A stretch of 64,000 nt of DNA from Dehalococcoidales bacterium (GTDB lineage: Bacteria; Chloroflexota; Dehalococcoidia; Dehalococcoidales; Fen-1064): the NCBI GenBank assembly GCA_016783135.1, contig JADHXC010000004.1:2798-66797 (forward strand). The letters are read 5' to 3'. This document shows, piece by piece, positions 8,940 through 18,003 of the stretch. Each line of letters opens with the position of its first letter. The first letter of the stretch is position 1. A program made the position numbers and the translations under genes. A model generated the notes under the pieces. The model made no database searches. It saw only the letters and a program-made list of their open reading frames with translations, and had not been told where the DNA came from.

Positions 8940-9983
8940 ATGACCGGTATGACAGGTGTTGAGAGGATTGTGAAGGCACTCCGGCTCGAGGAGCCGGACC
9001 GGATCCCCTTTATCGAGCCACCCAACGCAACCATCAGGGAACAACTGCTCCCTAACGCTTCGGTCTACGATACCATCGAGCACTTCGACCTTGACGGGAC
9101 TGACCTCGATGACCGGGGTTACCCCGGCTACCTGACCGAGAAGGTGGACGCGAATCACTTCCGCAACCAGTGGGGAACGGTGGTGCGTACCATCGCCGGT
9201 ACGTTACCTCATCCCGTCGAACCGGCCATCAAGTCGGAGAAAGACCTGGAGACCTGGTCACTGCCCGACCCCGATGACCCGGCCCGGTACAACAGGATTC
9301 GAGAGATGGTCAGACGCTATAAGGGGCAGCGGGCCATAATCGCGTCTTTCGCCGACCCCTTCAATGTGGCCAACGAGATCCGCGGTGCGACCAACCACTA
9401 CATGGACTTCGTGCGCAATCCCGACCTCGTGGACCGGCTTGCCGACCTTATCAAGGACTACTACATGAAGTACATGCGGAACTGCATAGAGGTTGGTGTT
9501 GACGCTATCTGGGTCAAGGGTGACTACGCAACCACGAAGTGGCCCATGCTTTCCAGGGAACACTTCGTCCGCCATGTCATTCCCGTGCTTAAAGACCTGG
9601 TTGACGAAGCAAAGAGCCTCGGTGTCTTCGTGATGAAGCATACCGACGGCAATATCTATCCGATACTCGACCTGATTGTGGATACCGGCATCCACGGTCT
9701 GCACCCGATAGACCCCAACGCCGGCATGGACCTCGGTGACGTCAAGGAGAAGTACGGCCACCGAATCTGCCTCATGGGCAACGTGGACTGTGCCTACGTC
9801 CTTACCTGGGGTACCGTGGAAGAGGTGCGTGAAGACGTCAGGCGCTGCATCCGGCAGGCGGCGAAGGGTGGTGGCTACATCTGCATGTCCAGCAACTCCA
9901 TCCATCCGGCAGTCAAGCCGGAGAACTACGCCGAGATGGTGAGGGCAGTCCACGAGTTGGGACAGTATCCCATCTCCATCTAG
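8940..9983 (+). CDS. Uroporphyrinogen-decarboxylase (URO-D) family methyltransferase (MtaA/MtbA-like, corrinoid-dependent)
   Basis: 347 aa. It has a URO-D-like layout (ERIVKAL..EEPDRIPF ... HTDGNI..ILD ... LHPIDP) and is immediately downstream of the corrinoid protein. Confidence 0.8.
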   Translation: MTGMTGVERIVKALRLEEPDRIPFIEPPNATIREQLLPNASVYDTIEHFDLDGTDLDDRGYPGYLTEKVDANHFRNQWGTVVRTIAGTLPHPVEPAIKSEKDLETWSLPDPDDPARYNRIREMVRRYKGQRAIIASFADPFNVANEIRGATNHYMDFVRNPDLVDRLADLIKDYYMKYMRNCIEVGVDAIWVKGDYATTKWPMLSREHFVRHVIPVLKDLVDEAKSLGVFVMKHTDGNIYPILDLIVDTGIHGLHPIDPNAGMDLGDVKEKYGHRICLMGNVDCAYVLTWGTVEEVREDVRRCIRQAAKGGGYICMSSNSIHPAVKPENYAEMVRAVHELGQYPISI

Positions 9984-10020
9984 CCGGGAATCACATTATG
10001 GGAACGGACCTTGCGATGTC

Positions 10021-10449
10021 TTAGTAGCGGTCGTCATTACGGATATGGTGGCCACCGCTATCACCAGGGGACTCCTCGCTGGCAATGCCTTCAGCCATGT
10101 ACTTCAGCGCACTGAAAATACTGAGAACAGCCCGCTGTAGTTCGACAGGCTCCCGTGAGAGATAGGCAACCACGTAAGGGTCCAGCCGGCCATTGTCGTG
10201 ACTATTGGCCGTGTCAGAGTGTACCGGAGACAGGTATCCGGCGAAGGCCAGCAGTTCGACTTCCCCGATACCGACATGAGGCGCAACCTTACGCAGTACC
10301 CTCGCCGAAGGAAATCGCTGTCCGCTCTCGACACGAGTCAGGTGTGACGGTGACACGCCGGATAGCGCAGCAAGCTGGACTCGTGTCATGTCCGCCCGAT
10401 TCCTCAGTTGCTTGACTATCTTGCCTATGTCCTTGACATCCTGGGGCAT
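10021..10449 (-). CDS. XRE-family helix-turn-helix transcriptional regulator
   Basis: 142 aa. The HTH_3 pattern is IVKQLRNRADMTRVQLAALSGVSPSHLTRVESGQRFPS. Confidence 0.8.
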   Translation of the reverse strand: MPQDVKDIGKIVKQLRNRADMTRVQLAALSGVSPSHLTRVESGQRFPSARVLRKVAPHVGIGEVELLAFAGYLSPVHSDTANSHDNGRLDPYVVAYLSREPVELQRAVLSIFSALKYMAEGIASEESPGDSGGHHIRNDDRY

Positions 10450-10670
10450 TTTCCCCTCCTTCTTCTCCCGGTCATGCTATCAATGCCTGATATAAGTGAC
10501 GGGCGGTCCGGCACCACGCCTTTCCGGTGTTCTTCCACCAGCAGTTTTGCCCATCCGGTCACTCAATGTTCCTGAACGCATAAATACAATAATACTATTG
10601 TCCCTATTTGTCAATAGCATTGTGTCCAATTGGCATATTTACCTCATGGATGCCACCTATACCAGTATCC

Positions 10671-10767
10671 AGTTTCACAAATCCGCGTAACATTTAGAGT
10701 CTGTGTCTCCTCGCTCCGCTCGGAGTCCCGGCTCAGAATGACATTACAATGGCATGTCACCCTGAGC
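10671..10767 (+). repeat. ~97-bp dispersed repeat, copy 1 (inverted partner at 22224-22320)
   Basis: agtttcacaaatccgcgtaacatttagagtctgtgtctcctcgctccgctcggag...gtcaccctgagc aligns to the reverse complement of 22224-22320 with about 9 mismatches and no gaps. Confidence 0.9.
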
Positions 10768-10799
10768 TTACCTGCTGGCGGCGTAATCAACCACCGAGT

Positions 10800-10964
10800 A
10801 AACGGGGTTTTCTCCGGTCCTTCGTGGACAAGATTGAAGTGAGTGACGCTGAGGTGAAGATGTACTATACTATCCCTGTGCCCCCCGATAGCGCCAGGGA
10901 GGAAACGGCGGGAGTTGTACCTATCGTACACCACGGTAAAGGGAGAGGGGGTGAGGGTGGATAA
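10800..10964 (+). pseudogene. Probable C-terminal remnant of a large serine recombinase/integrase
   Basis: The translation ..RGFLRSFVDKIEVSDAEVKMYYTIPVPPDS... resembles the conserved C-terminal tail of large serine recombinases. No catalytic N-terminal part is present. This rests on recollection of the family pattern, not a search. Confidence 0.35.
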
Positions 10965-11063
10965 CAAATACACACTCATTGACCTGCGGAAGGGCAGAGA
11001 CAATATCTGTCTGGACATATCTAGCACAACCGTTAAACACCAGCAAGGAGGATACGGAGTCTG

Positions 11064-11567
11064 ATGGGATACCATGAACACAGGCACCTTGCCCCCAGGA
11101 ATATCAATTGTGCCGTTGTCACTATTTCTGACAGTCGCACCGAGGCGGAGGATGAGTCCGGCAAGCTCGTCAGGCAGCGACTCAGTGATAACGGTCACCG
11201 GGTGGTGGCATACTCCCTCCTGAAGAACGAACCGGAGGCTATCCGGTCGAAGGTAATGGAACTGGTGGGGCAGGAAGATGTCCAGGTGATTATCACCAGC
11301 GGCGGCACGGGTGTAAGCCAGCGGGACGTTACCGTCGATACAGTGGAACCGATGCTGGAGAAAAAACTCGATGGGTTCGGGGAGCTGTTCCGGTCACTGA
11401 GCTACCAGGAGATTGGCACCGGCAGCATCATGAGCCGGGCGACCGCCGGAGTTATTGGTGGCAAGGTCATCCTCTGCTTCCCCGGCTCACTGGGTGCGGC
11501 CACCCTGGTAATGGACAAAGTAATCCTGCCGGAACTTGGACACCTGGTGCGGGAGGCAACGCGGTAG
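11064..11567 (+). CDS. moaB: Molybdenum cofactor biosynthesis protein B (MoaB/MogA family)
   Basis: 167 aa. VVTISDSR...ESG..V, IITSGGTGVSQRDVT and PGSLGA motifs are present. The RBS is AAGGAGG. Confidence 0.88.
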   Translation: MGYHEHRHLAPRNINCAVVTISDSRTEAEDESGKLVRQRLSDNGHRVVAYSLLKNEPEAIRSKVMELVGQEDVQVIITSGGTGVSQRDVTVDTVEPMLEKKLDGFGELFRSLSYQEIGTGSIMSRATAGVIGGKVILCFPGSLGAATLVMDKVILPELGHLVREATR

Positions 11568-11618
11568 CAGTCCTTATGAGGTATCTTTCCCAGATACTCG
11601 CTTGTTAAGCGGTTAGCC

Positions 11619-12092
11619 CTACTTCCTACGGTACGTCCCGCTTTTACCGCCGGTCTTGCTCTCCAGGTAAATCTCCTTGATGGTCATGCCCTTGTCCACC
11701 GCCTTGCACATGTCGTAGATGGTCAGGGCGCTGACCGAGGCGGCCACCAGGGCCTCCATCTCCACTCCGGTCTTACCGGTACTCTTCGCCCGTGCGGTAA
11801 TACCGATGCAGTCCTCCCCGGACACATCAAACTCAACAGCGACCTCGTCAATGAGTATCGTGTGGCACAACGGTATCAGGTCGGACGTCTTCTTGGCGGC
11901 CACGATGCCGGCAATACGGGCCACGGCGAGGACATCGCCCTTCTTGAGGGTATTCGCCTTCACCTGCTCCAGAGTACCCGGCTTCATCACCACTGTGCCC
12001 CTGGCTACCGCTTCGCGCACCGTGTCAGCTTTCTTACCTATATCCACCATGCGGGCCTCACCGCTTGAGTTTACGTGGCTCAGTTCCATCAT
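11619..12092 (-). CDS. moaC: Cyclic pyranopterin monophosphate synthase
   Basis: 157 aa. [24 protein letters not shown] and EMEAL motifs are present. Confidence 0.93.
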   Translation of the reverse strand: MMELSHVNSSGEARMVDIGKKADTVREAVARGTVVMKPGTLEQVKANTLKKGDVLAVARIAGIVAAKKTSDLIPLCHTILIDEVAVEFDVSGEDCIGITARAKSTGKTGVEMEALVAASVSALTIYDMCKAVDKGMTIKEIYLESKTGGKSGTYRRK

Positions 12093-12126
12093 CGTCCGTC
12101 TCCTGTCTGCAAATGTACCGGTATCG

Positions 12127-14598
12127 CTATGGCTTCAGGGTAAAAGAGCCTGTAGCCCGTATATCCCGCGAGGAGCTGCCGACCAGTACCTCAAACTCCC
12201 CGGGTTCGGCCACCCACTCCTGCCGGTCCGGGTCGTAGAATGAGAGGTCTCTCTGCCCCAGGGTAAAGCTTACTGTCCGGGTCTCCCCGGGAGTCAAACT
12301 CACCTTGGTAAAGCCCTTCAACTCCTTGTGCGGCCTCACCAGGCTAGATTCAATATCATGGATATAGAGCTGGACGACCTCTTTCCCTTCCCTCTCACCC
12401 GTGTTAGTGATGTCTATGCGCACCGTCAGGTCGTCGCCAACCGCCACCTCCGCCGGTATCGTCAGCCTGCCATATTCGAATGTGGTATAGGAAAGGCCGT
12501 GCCCGAAGGGGAACAGGGGCTCGATTTTCTTGGCGTCGTAGTAACGGTAGCCGACGAAGATGCCCTCGCCATAGAGCACCCTGCCGTTTTCGCCGGGGTA
12601 GTTGATGAAGGCGGGGTTGTCCTCGATGCGACGGGGAACGGTCTCCGGCAGCTTCCCTGATGGGTTGACATCTCCGAAGAGAACATCGGCAATCGCGTTG
12701 CCACATTCCTGCCCGGCGAACCATGCTTCGAGCACGGCGGGCACGCGGTCGAGCCATTCGGCTATCGCGACCGCGTTGCCGTTGTTGAGGACAACGACGG
12801 TGTGCCGATTGGCGCGTGCGACCGCCTCGATAAGCTCGACCTGGGCGCCGGGGAGGTCCATACTCTCACGGTCGTTGCCTTCTCTGTCGTATTCCTCAGA
12901 GGTGCCTACGAACACCACGGCGACGTCCGACCGCGCGGCCAGGCCAGCCGCACGAGCGACTGCGTTCTCGGGAAAGGGCGGTTCGCATCCCAGCCTGATG
13001 CGCCGGAAAGGCCAGGCGCGTTCGGGGTTCCACCAGTACTCTATCTTCAGGTCATAGAACCTGCCGGCCTCCATTGTGATGGTACCCGTCCTTTCGCCAC
13101 GCAGGAAGAGGTCTTCCTCGGCCTCACCAAACCGTTTCTCGACGACAAGCCGGCCATCGATATAGATGCGCCCGAAGCCGTCCGTGAGCACCCCGAACCA
13201 GTAGTCCCCGGACTCCGGGGCCAGGAAGGTCCCCGTCCACCGGATGGAGAAGTCGTCTCTGTCGATGCCTGGTACGGGAAAGACCCCGCTGCGCCACCTC
13301 AGAGCGAACCTGCTGTCCACCCTGGTCAGCACCGGGTCTCCGGACAGGTCATTGTTATTGAAGTACTCGCCGGTCAGTCCCTGTCCTTCCCCACCGGATG
13401 GTCCCAGGCATCTCGCATCCAGAAGCGAAGTGAAGCGGTCGATGCGGCATCCCGGCTCATGCACTACCTCGACGGAATCACCACAGGCCCTGGTAATCCC
13501 CTCCAGCGGCGTGACCGTGTAGCGCGGCGTGACCTGGGAGCTGCCGGCGCCTACCACCCTGGCTTCGGTGGCGTTCGGCCCGATGACTGCTATCGATGTG
13601 AGTTGCTCCAGCTTCAAGGGGAGCAACTCCTGGTCGTTCTTGAGAAGGACAATTGCTTCACTGGCGGTCTCGCGGGCCAGCGCCCGATGCTCCGGGGTGT
13701 CGGCGGCCTCGGGAGACGATGTTCTGGTCTCCTCGAAAGCCCCGGACCTGACGACGACCCGGAGGACACGCCGCACCATTCCATCAATCGTCTCCTGGCT
13801 GACTTCGCCTTGCCTCACGGCCGCCACCAGCGCTTCGCCGAAGAATCGTGCCGGACCGGGCATTTCCATATCGAGGCCGGAGTTCGCCGCCGGTACCAGA
13901 TTGTAGACGCCCCCCCAGTCGGACACCACGAACCCCTCGAACCCCCATTCGTCTTTGAGGACCTCGGTAAGCAGCCACCTGTTCTCCGAAGCAGCGACAC
14001 CGTTGATACGGTTGTAGGAACTCATCACCGTCCAGGGCTGTGCCTCCCGGACGGCCATCTCGAAGGCGGGGAAGTATATCTCCCGGATTGCTCTCTCTGA
14101 TGCCTCGGAGCTCATGGAGAATCTCTCGAACTCGGAGTTGTTCAGGGCGAAGTGCTTGATGGAGGTACCGATGTTCCGACTCTGGACGCCGCTTATGTGG
14201 GCTACCGCCATTCGCGCTGCCAGATAGGGGTCTTCGGAGAAGCTCTCGAAGTTACGCCCGCCCAGCGGAGAGCGGTGGATATTGACGCAGGGGCCAAGGA
14301 GTATGTGACACCCCATGGACTTCGTCTCTTCGCCCAGCGCCACGCCCACCCTCTCGATGAGATCCGTGTTCCAGGTAGCTCCCATGGCGGAACCCGTGGG
14401 GTAGCAGGTGGCCGGTATTACGTGGCCAGGCTCATGGTCGGACTCCGTCCGTGTACCGTAGGGCCCGTCTGTCATCTTGAGGGAGGGAATGCCCAGGCGG
14501 TCTATGCTCCGCGTGTGCCAGGCATCGGTACCGGCCAGCATTGACACCTTCTCTTCGAGCGTCATCCTGCCCAGCAGTTCCTCAACTCGGTCTTCCAC
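12127..14598 (-). CDS. Glycoside hydrolase family 3 beta-glucosidase with inserted PA14 domain
   Basis: 823 aa. KHFALNN and the nucleophile region VVSDWGG are present. PA14-like [19 protein letters not shown] is inserted into the alpha/beta sandwich, and there is a C-terminal Fn3-like domain. The GTG start follows GAGGGGGG. Confidence 0.92.
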   Translation of the reverse strand: MEDRVEELLGRMTLEEKVSMLAGTDAWHTRSIDRLGIPSLKMTDGPYGTRTESDHEPGHVIPATCYPTGSAMGATWNTDLIERVGVALGEETKSMGCHILLGPCVNIHRSPLGGRNFESFSEDPYLAARMAVAHISGVQSRNIGTSIKHFALNNSEFERFSMSSEASERAIREIYFPAFEMAVREAQPWTVMSSYNRINGVAASENRWLLTEVLKDEWGFEGFVVSDWGGVYNLVPAANSGLDMEMPGPARFFGEALVAAVRQGEVSQETIDGMVRRVLRVVVRSGAFEETRTSSPEAADTPEHRALARETASEAIVLLKNDQELLPLKLEQLTSIAVIGPNATEARVVGAGSSQVTPRYTVTPLEGITRACGDSVEVVHEPGCRIDRFTSLLDARCLGPSGGEGQGLTGEYFNNNDLSGDPVLTRVDSRFALRWRSGVFPVPGIDRDDFSIRWTGTFLAPESGDYWFGVLTDGFGRIYIDGRLVVEKRFGEAEEDLFLRGERTGTITMEAGRFYDLKIEYWWNPERAWPFRRIRLGCEPPFPENAVARAAGLAARSDVAVVFVGTSEEYDREGNDRESMDLPGAQVELIEAVARANRHTVVVLNNGNAVAIAEWLDRVPAVLEAWFAGQECGNAIADVLFGDVNPSGKLPETVPRRIEDNPAFINYPGENGRVLYGEGIFVGYRYYDAKKIEPLFPFGHGLSYTTFEYGRLTIPAEVAVGDDLTVRIDITNTGEREGKEVVQLYIHDIESSLVRPHKELKGFTKVSLTPGETRTVSFTLGQRDLSFYDPDRQEWVAEPGEFEVLVGSSSRDIRATGSFTLKP

Positions 14599-14789
14599 GG
14601 TACCCCCCTCTGCCAGTTCCTGAGTCGTATCTGATTATAGAAGCTGGACGAAAGGAAAGCAAAGGCCTAGCCTGTTGCGAGACCTAGGACAGAACCCCGT
14701 GCACGCGCAGAAGAGTGGTGTAATCTCAGGGTGGTTCATTTCGTGCAGCACCGAAGATAGCGGCAGCGTCGATACGTGTGTCGGTCTAC

Positions 14790-15722
14790 CTATCTCTGTG
14801 CAGCCAGCCTCTGTTTCTCAATGAGTGCACTCAGGTTTGGCGCCATAAACGGGTAAACCCCATCAGAAATCTTCAGCTTCTGCTGAGTCTCTGGAGACAG
14901 CTTCTCCAAAGGTGTCTTGTTCAGAATCAGGCCAGTTTCTTCTTCAGAGAACGATGGGCCAGCCACGATTTTGCGTAGATATGGCCTATCCACCGGACAC
15001 ACGAATTGACAGCGCATACAGCCAATGAGGGCATTATGCCAGTCGGGCTGAAGCTGAACCCAGTAGGGGAAATCCGGCTCTCTCTCGGTCAGAGAGCCCA
15101 GGCAGTTTTCAGCGTGAATCAGGAAGCGGTCGGCGGTAATACTCCCAGTCGAGCAGTTCTCACGGCAGAGCGAGCAGTTTTCGCAGGCTTCCATCGCTTT
15201 GGATTCCTGCCAGTCCTCCTCTTCACAGGGACAATCGGTATAGTAAGCGACCAGGCGGCAGAAGCTACCCATCCCCGGCACATAGCTGATATTGTTTCTA
15301 CCATATCTTGCCAGTCCGCTTCGCACCGCCAGCGTTTTCAGTGCTAGATGAGCTTTTACCACCTTGTATCCGGCAGTCTCCAGCACACTCGTTAGAATTC
15401 CTTCGGCACGAGATTCGTTTGATGTTTTCGCAAAGTAATCCGGTGGGATATCTGCCGGATAAGTGATTCCCTGCCATTCAAAGCTGAGACGCGTGATTGG
15501 TTGAGGCATTGCCACGACCACGATTGTCTTCGCCTCGGGCAGGTTTTCATTGGTTTTCAAATAGAAATGCCATGTTTCATACAGTCGCCTATTCAGGAGT
15601 CCCTGCCTGACGAGTTCCCCAACCGCATCCTGCGTTTCCAGTAGGTGTGTTATGGATACGGTCCTGGACTTGTACCGAGACTGCCTCATTCTCCTTAGTA
15701 TCGTGTCGATGATGTCGCTCAT
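14790..15722 (-). CDS. Epoxyqueuosine-reductase (QueG)-like / reductive-dehalogenase-superfamily 2x[4Fe-4S] protein
   Basis: CENCSLCRENCSTGSI and CMRCQFVCPVD cluster motifs sit in the C-terminal third, and there is no TAT signal. Start chosen at MSDIID; the ORF track extends to 15767. Confidence 0.7.
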   Translation of the reverse strand: MSDIIDTILRRMRQSRYKSRTVSITHLLETQDAVGELVRQGLLNRRLYETWHFYLKTNENLPEAKTIVVVAMPQPITRLSFEWQGITYPADIPPDYFAKTSNESRAEGILTSVLETAGYKVVKAHLALKTLAVRSGLARYGRNNISYVPGMGSFCRLVAYYTDCPCEEEDWQESKAMEACENCSLCRENCSTGSITADRFLIHAENCLGSLTEREPDFPYWVQLQPDWHNALIGCMRCQFVCPVDRPYLRKIVAGPSFSEEETGLILNKTPLEKLSPETQQKLKISDGVYPFMAPNLSALIEKQRLAAQR

Positions 15723-15813
15723 TGCTCTGATTGTACGGATTCCGGGAGCATTTCGCAACGAACTCAAAAGCTATAGCTTAACATCTGTCAGGCCAGGCGC
15801 TATAATCACTGTG

Positions 15814-16296
15814 ATGAGACTGAATCGCAAAGACAACAGGTTGTCGCTGGATAGTCCGGACGGCTCCGCGTCGACTGGTATGACGATACCGTGTTTCCGC
15901 TGCGGGCTGTGCTGCACCCGGTACCAGCCGCCGTTGACCACTGCCGAAGCGGAGACTATCGCCCTGGCCCTGGGCATGGCTCTGGATGCATTCCTGGACA
16001 GGTACATCGACGATGCCTGGTTTGAGCCGGGTCGTTTTCTCCTTGATACGGATACGGACGCTTGTGTCTTCCTTAATCCGGTCACAGACGATAGTAAGGC
16101 GGCATCCTGTAAGATTCACCCGCTGAGACCGCTGGCCTGCCGTGACTGGCAGGCCAGTCTGCACAAGAAGGAGTGCCTGGAGGGTTTACAGCGCTACTGG
16201 GGACTGACTGCTACCCCTTCGGGGAAGCTGGTGGGTTCCAAAGAGGACCTGCGGAGGTTCCGGGCCTTCATGCAGTCGCAAGGCCGCCAGAAGTAA
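15814..16296 (+). CDS. YkgJ-family (UPF0153) Zn/Fe-chelating cysteine-cluster protein
   Basis: CFRCGLCCTRY ... ACVFL ... CKIHPLRPLACRDW is the CxxCxxCC family signature. The ORF-track start at 15652 would overlap the divergent gene, so the ATG at 15814 is preferred. Confidence 0.7.
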   Translation: MRLNRKDNRLSLDSPDGSASTGMTIPCFRCGLCCTRYQPPLTTAEAETIALALGMALDAFLDRYIDDAWFEPGRFLLDTDTDACVFLNPVTDDSKAASCKIHPLRPLACRDWQASLHKKECLEGLQRYWGLTATPSGKLVGSKEDLRRFRAFMQSQGRQK

Positions 16297-16352
16297 AAGG
16301 ACACCCGGGGGCAGATACCAGGAGTGTGCTGAAAAATCCTTTCGACCATCCC

Positions 16353-16388
16353 CCTCTCCCCCCTTCCTGGCCAGGAAGGGGGGAGAGG
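16353..16388. repeat. 36-nt perfect palindrome (cctctccccccttcctgg|ccaggaaggggggagagg)
   Basis: Verified base by base. It is followed by a second hairpin, ctggggg-aca-cccccag, at 16396-16412. Confidence 0.95.
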
Positions 16389-16504
16389 ATTATATCTGGG
16401 GGACACCCCCAGACCCCTTCAGAAAGGCACCCCCTCTGGACTCCCTTTTTCCAACACCCTACCACGTACTATCAGATGTTCTTCTACACACCACCAGGCA
16501 ATTC

Positions 16505-16533
16505 TTGACACCCGCCCAGCAGGGCATTAACAT
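16505..16533 (+). promoter_or_regulatory. Candidate sigma-70 promoter for the crotonase gene
   Basis: TTGACA (16505-16510), 17-nt spacer, TAACAT (16528-16533). Confidence 0.3.
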
Positions 16534-16613
16534 AGCACAATACCAGACCAAGGCTGCTGATGCTACTTAAGACACCTGTGTAATGTGATTCCGGAGAAGG
16601 AGGGAATTCTGCC

Positions 16614-17462
16614 ATGGAGTACAAGCATATTATCTACCAGCCCGGGAAGGTAACCCGCATAATACTTAACCGGCCGCGCTACTACAATGCCCAGAGCCGG
16701 CTGATGCGTGACGAGATGGACGATGCCTTTGTCCGGGCGGCCGAGGACGACCAGGTGGGCGCTATCGTTCTCTCCGGGGAAGGGAAGCATTTCTCTGCCG
16801 GGCATGACCTGGGTACGCCCGAGGAACTGGAGGAGCGTGAGAAATCGGGCTTTCCAACAACAACGCTGGGACGGTACAAGCGGACACGCGCCCTGTGCCT
16901 GGAAAACAGCCTGCGCTGGCGGAACGTGCCTAAACCGACAATCGCCATGGTGCACGGCTACTGCATCTTCGGGGGGTGGATATTCGCCGCGGCCATGGAT
17001 GTCCTGTTTGCATCCGAAGATACCCTGTTCCTGCCCTCGCACGTGCAGTACTTCTCCATGCCGTGGGACATCGGGCCGCGCAAGACCAAAGAAATCCTGT
17101 TCGAGCACCGCTTCATGACGGCCTGGGAGGCCTACCAGCACGGTTTTGTCAACCGGGTCTTTCCACGGGAGCGACTTGAAGAGGAGACTCTGGCCTACGC
17201 CGGGCGGGTCGCCGACAACTACATCAGGGACCCGGCACGTCTGCGCACTGTCAAGTTTAGCGCGAACCACATGCAGGATACCCTGGGGTACACAACGGAG
17301 CTTGAGACAGCCTACCAGAGCTACTTCATCGCCACCGAGTTGCGGGATACGGAACGCCCCCTCGACGACAAGGGCGGGATTGCGCAAGCGAGCCTGGCGC
17401 ATAAGAACCTGGAGGCGAGTCAGTCGTGGCTGGAGTCGACCCCGCAGCAAACGGGGCGTTGA
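16614..17462 (+). CDS. Enoyl-CoA hydratase/isomerase (crotonase) family protein
   Basis: 282 aa. ILNRP...NA, VLSGEGKHFSAGHDLG and the MVHGYCIFGGW oxyanion-hole regions are present. The RBS is GGAGGG. Confidence 0.88.
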   Translation: MEYKHIIYQPGKVTRIILNRPRYYNAQSRLMRDEMDDAFVRAAEDDQVGAIVLSGEGKHFSAGHDLGTPEELEEREKSGFPTTTLGRYKRTRALCLENSLRWRNVPKPTIAMVHGYCIFGGWIFAAAMDVLFASEDTLFLPSHVQYFSMPWDIGPRKTKEILFEHRFMTAWEAYQHGFVNRVFPRERLEEETLAYAGRVADNYIRDPARLRTVKFSANHMQDTLGYTTELETAYQSYFIATELRDTERPLDDKGGIAQASLAHKNLEASQSWLESTPQQTGR

Positions 17463-17556
17463 CAACCCCACGCCAGTCACGTAACATGAAGTGGCAGGCT
17501 CCATGGTATGGGGCCGAGTACGGAGAGGGCAGGTCGCCCTCGTAAGGAGGTTTTGT

Positions 17557-17592
17557 ATGGACGATAAAAACGCTGGGGGAGGCAAGTACTAG
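17557..17592 (+). CDS. Candidate 11-codon micro-ORF (MDDKNAGGGKY)
   Basis: ATG lies 6 nt after a perfect TAAGGAGG. No homology can be judged, so it may be a spurious or leader ORF. Confidence 0.2.
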   Translation: MDDKNAGGGKY

Positions 17593-17720
17593 CCTCCTGC
17601 TAGCGGCCTCTCTGGGTCCGGCGGTGCTGGACACAGACTTCGAGGCCGATATCATTGACCCGATACCGGGAGTCGTGGGTCGGCTTCTCTAGCGGCCAGG
17701 CCACCGGACAGGACGAGAGA

Positions 17721-17760
17721 ACGGAGAGGGTGAGTATCTCACCCTCTCCGTTTGTTTTTG
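17721..17760 (+). terminator. Rho-independent terminator
   Basis: Perfect 13-bp stem acggagagggtga / tcaccctctccgt, 5-nt loop, then tttgttttt. Confidence 0.8.
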
Positions 17761-18003
17761 ATACCTTTATTGCTCGATTGCTACTTCCTGCGGCGATGGC
17801 CTTACTCTACCTTAACCTTCAGGGTCTACAGTTATAGTGGAGGCCAGGATAAGAAGACCATACCTGCAAGCACTTCGAGCACAGGGAGATGGAGAGAAAG
17901 ACAGGCATCAGGATTTCTGGCTCCCACACCGCCACAAGTGGTGGCTGCTGGTGGTACCTCATCCAGAAAGAAGGATGTATTCCCGGGGATGGATGCTTCT
18001 GCC

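Noticed and set aside
12802-14100. 432-aa plus-strand ORF
   Set aside because: It is entirely antisense to the GH3 glucosidase, whose motifs are unambiguous. The composition is Arg/Pro/Gly-rich, as is typical of antisense frames in high-GC DNA.
16563-17585. 340-aa minus-strand ORF
   Set aside because: It is antisense to the crotonase-family gene and has no motif support.
17490-17760. Possible tmRNA, SRP RNA or RNase P RNA
   Set aside because: The 5' GGGGCCGAG and a short ORF raised the tmRNA idea. However, there is no T-arm (GGTTCGA-type), no acceptor 3' strand ending in CCA, and no alanine-rich tag ending. The conserved SRP (GGAAG/AGCAG) and RNase P (GAGGAAAGTCC) blocks are also absent. 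It is kept only as an unclassified structured region.
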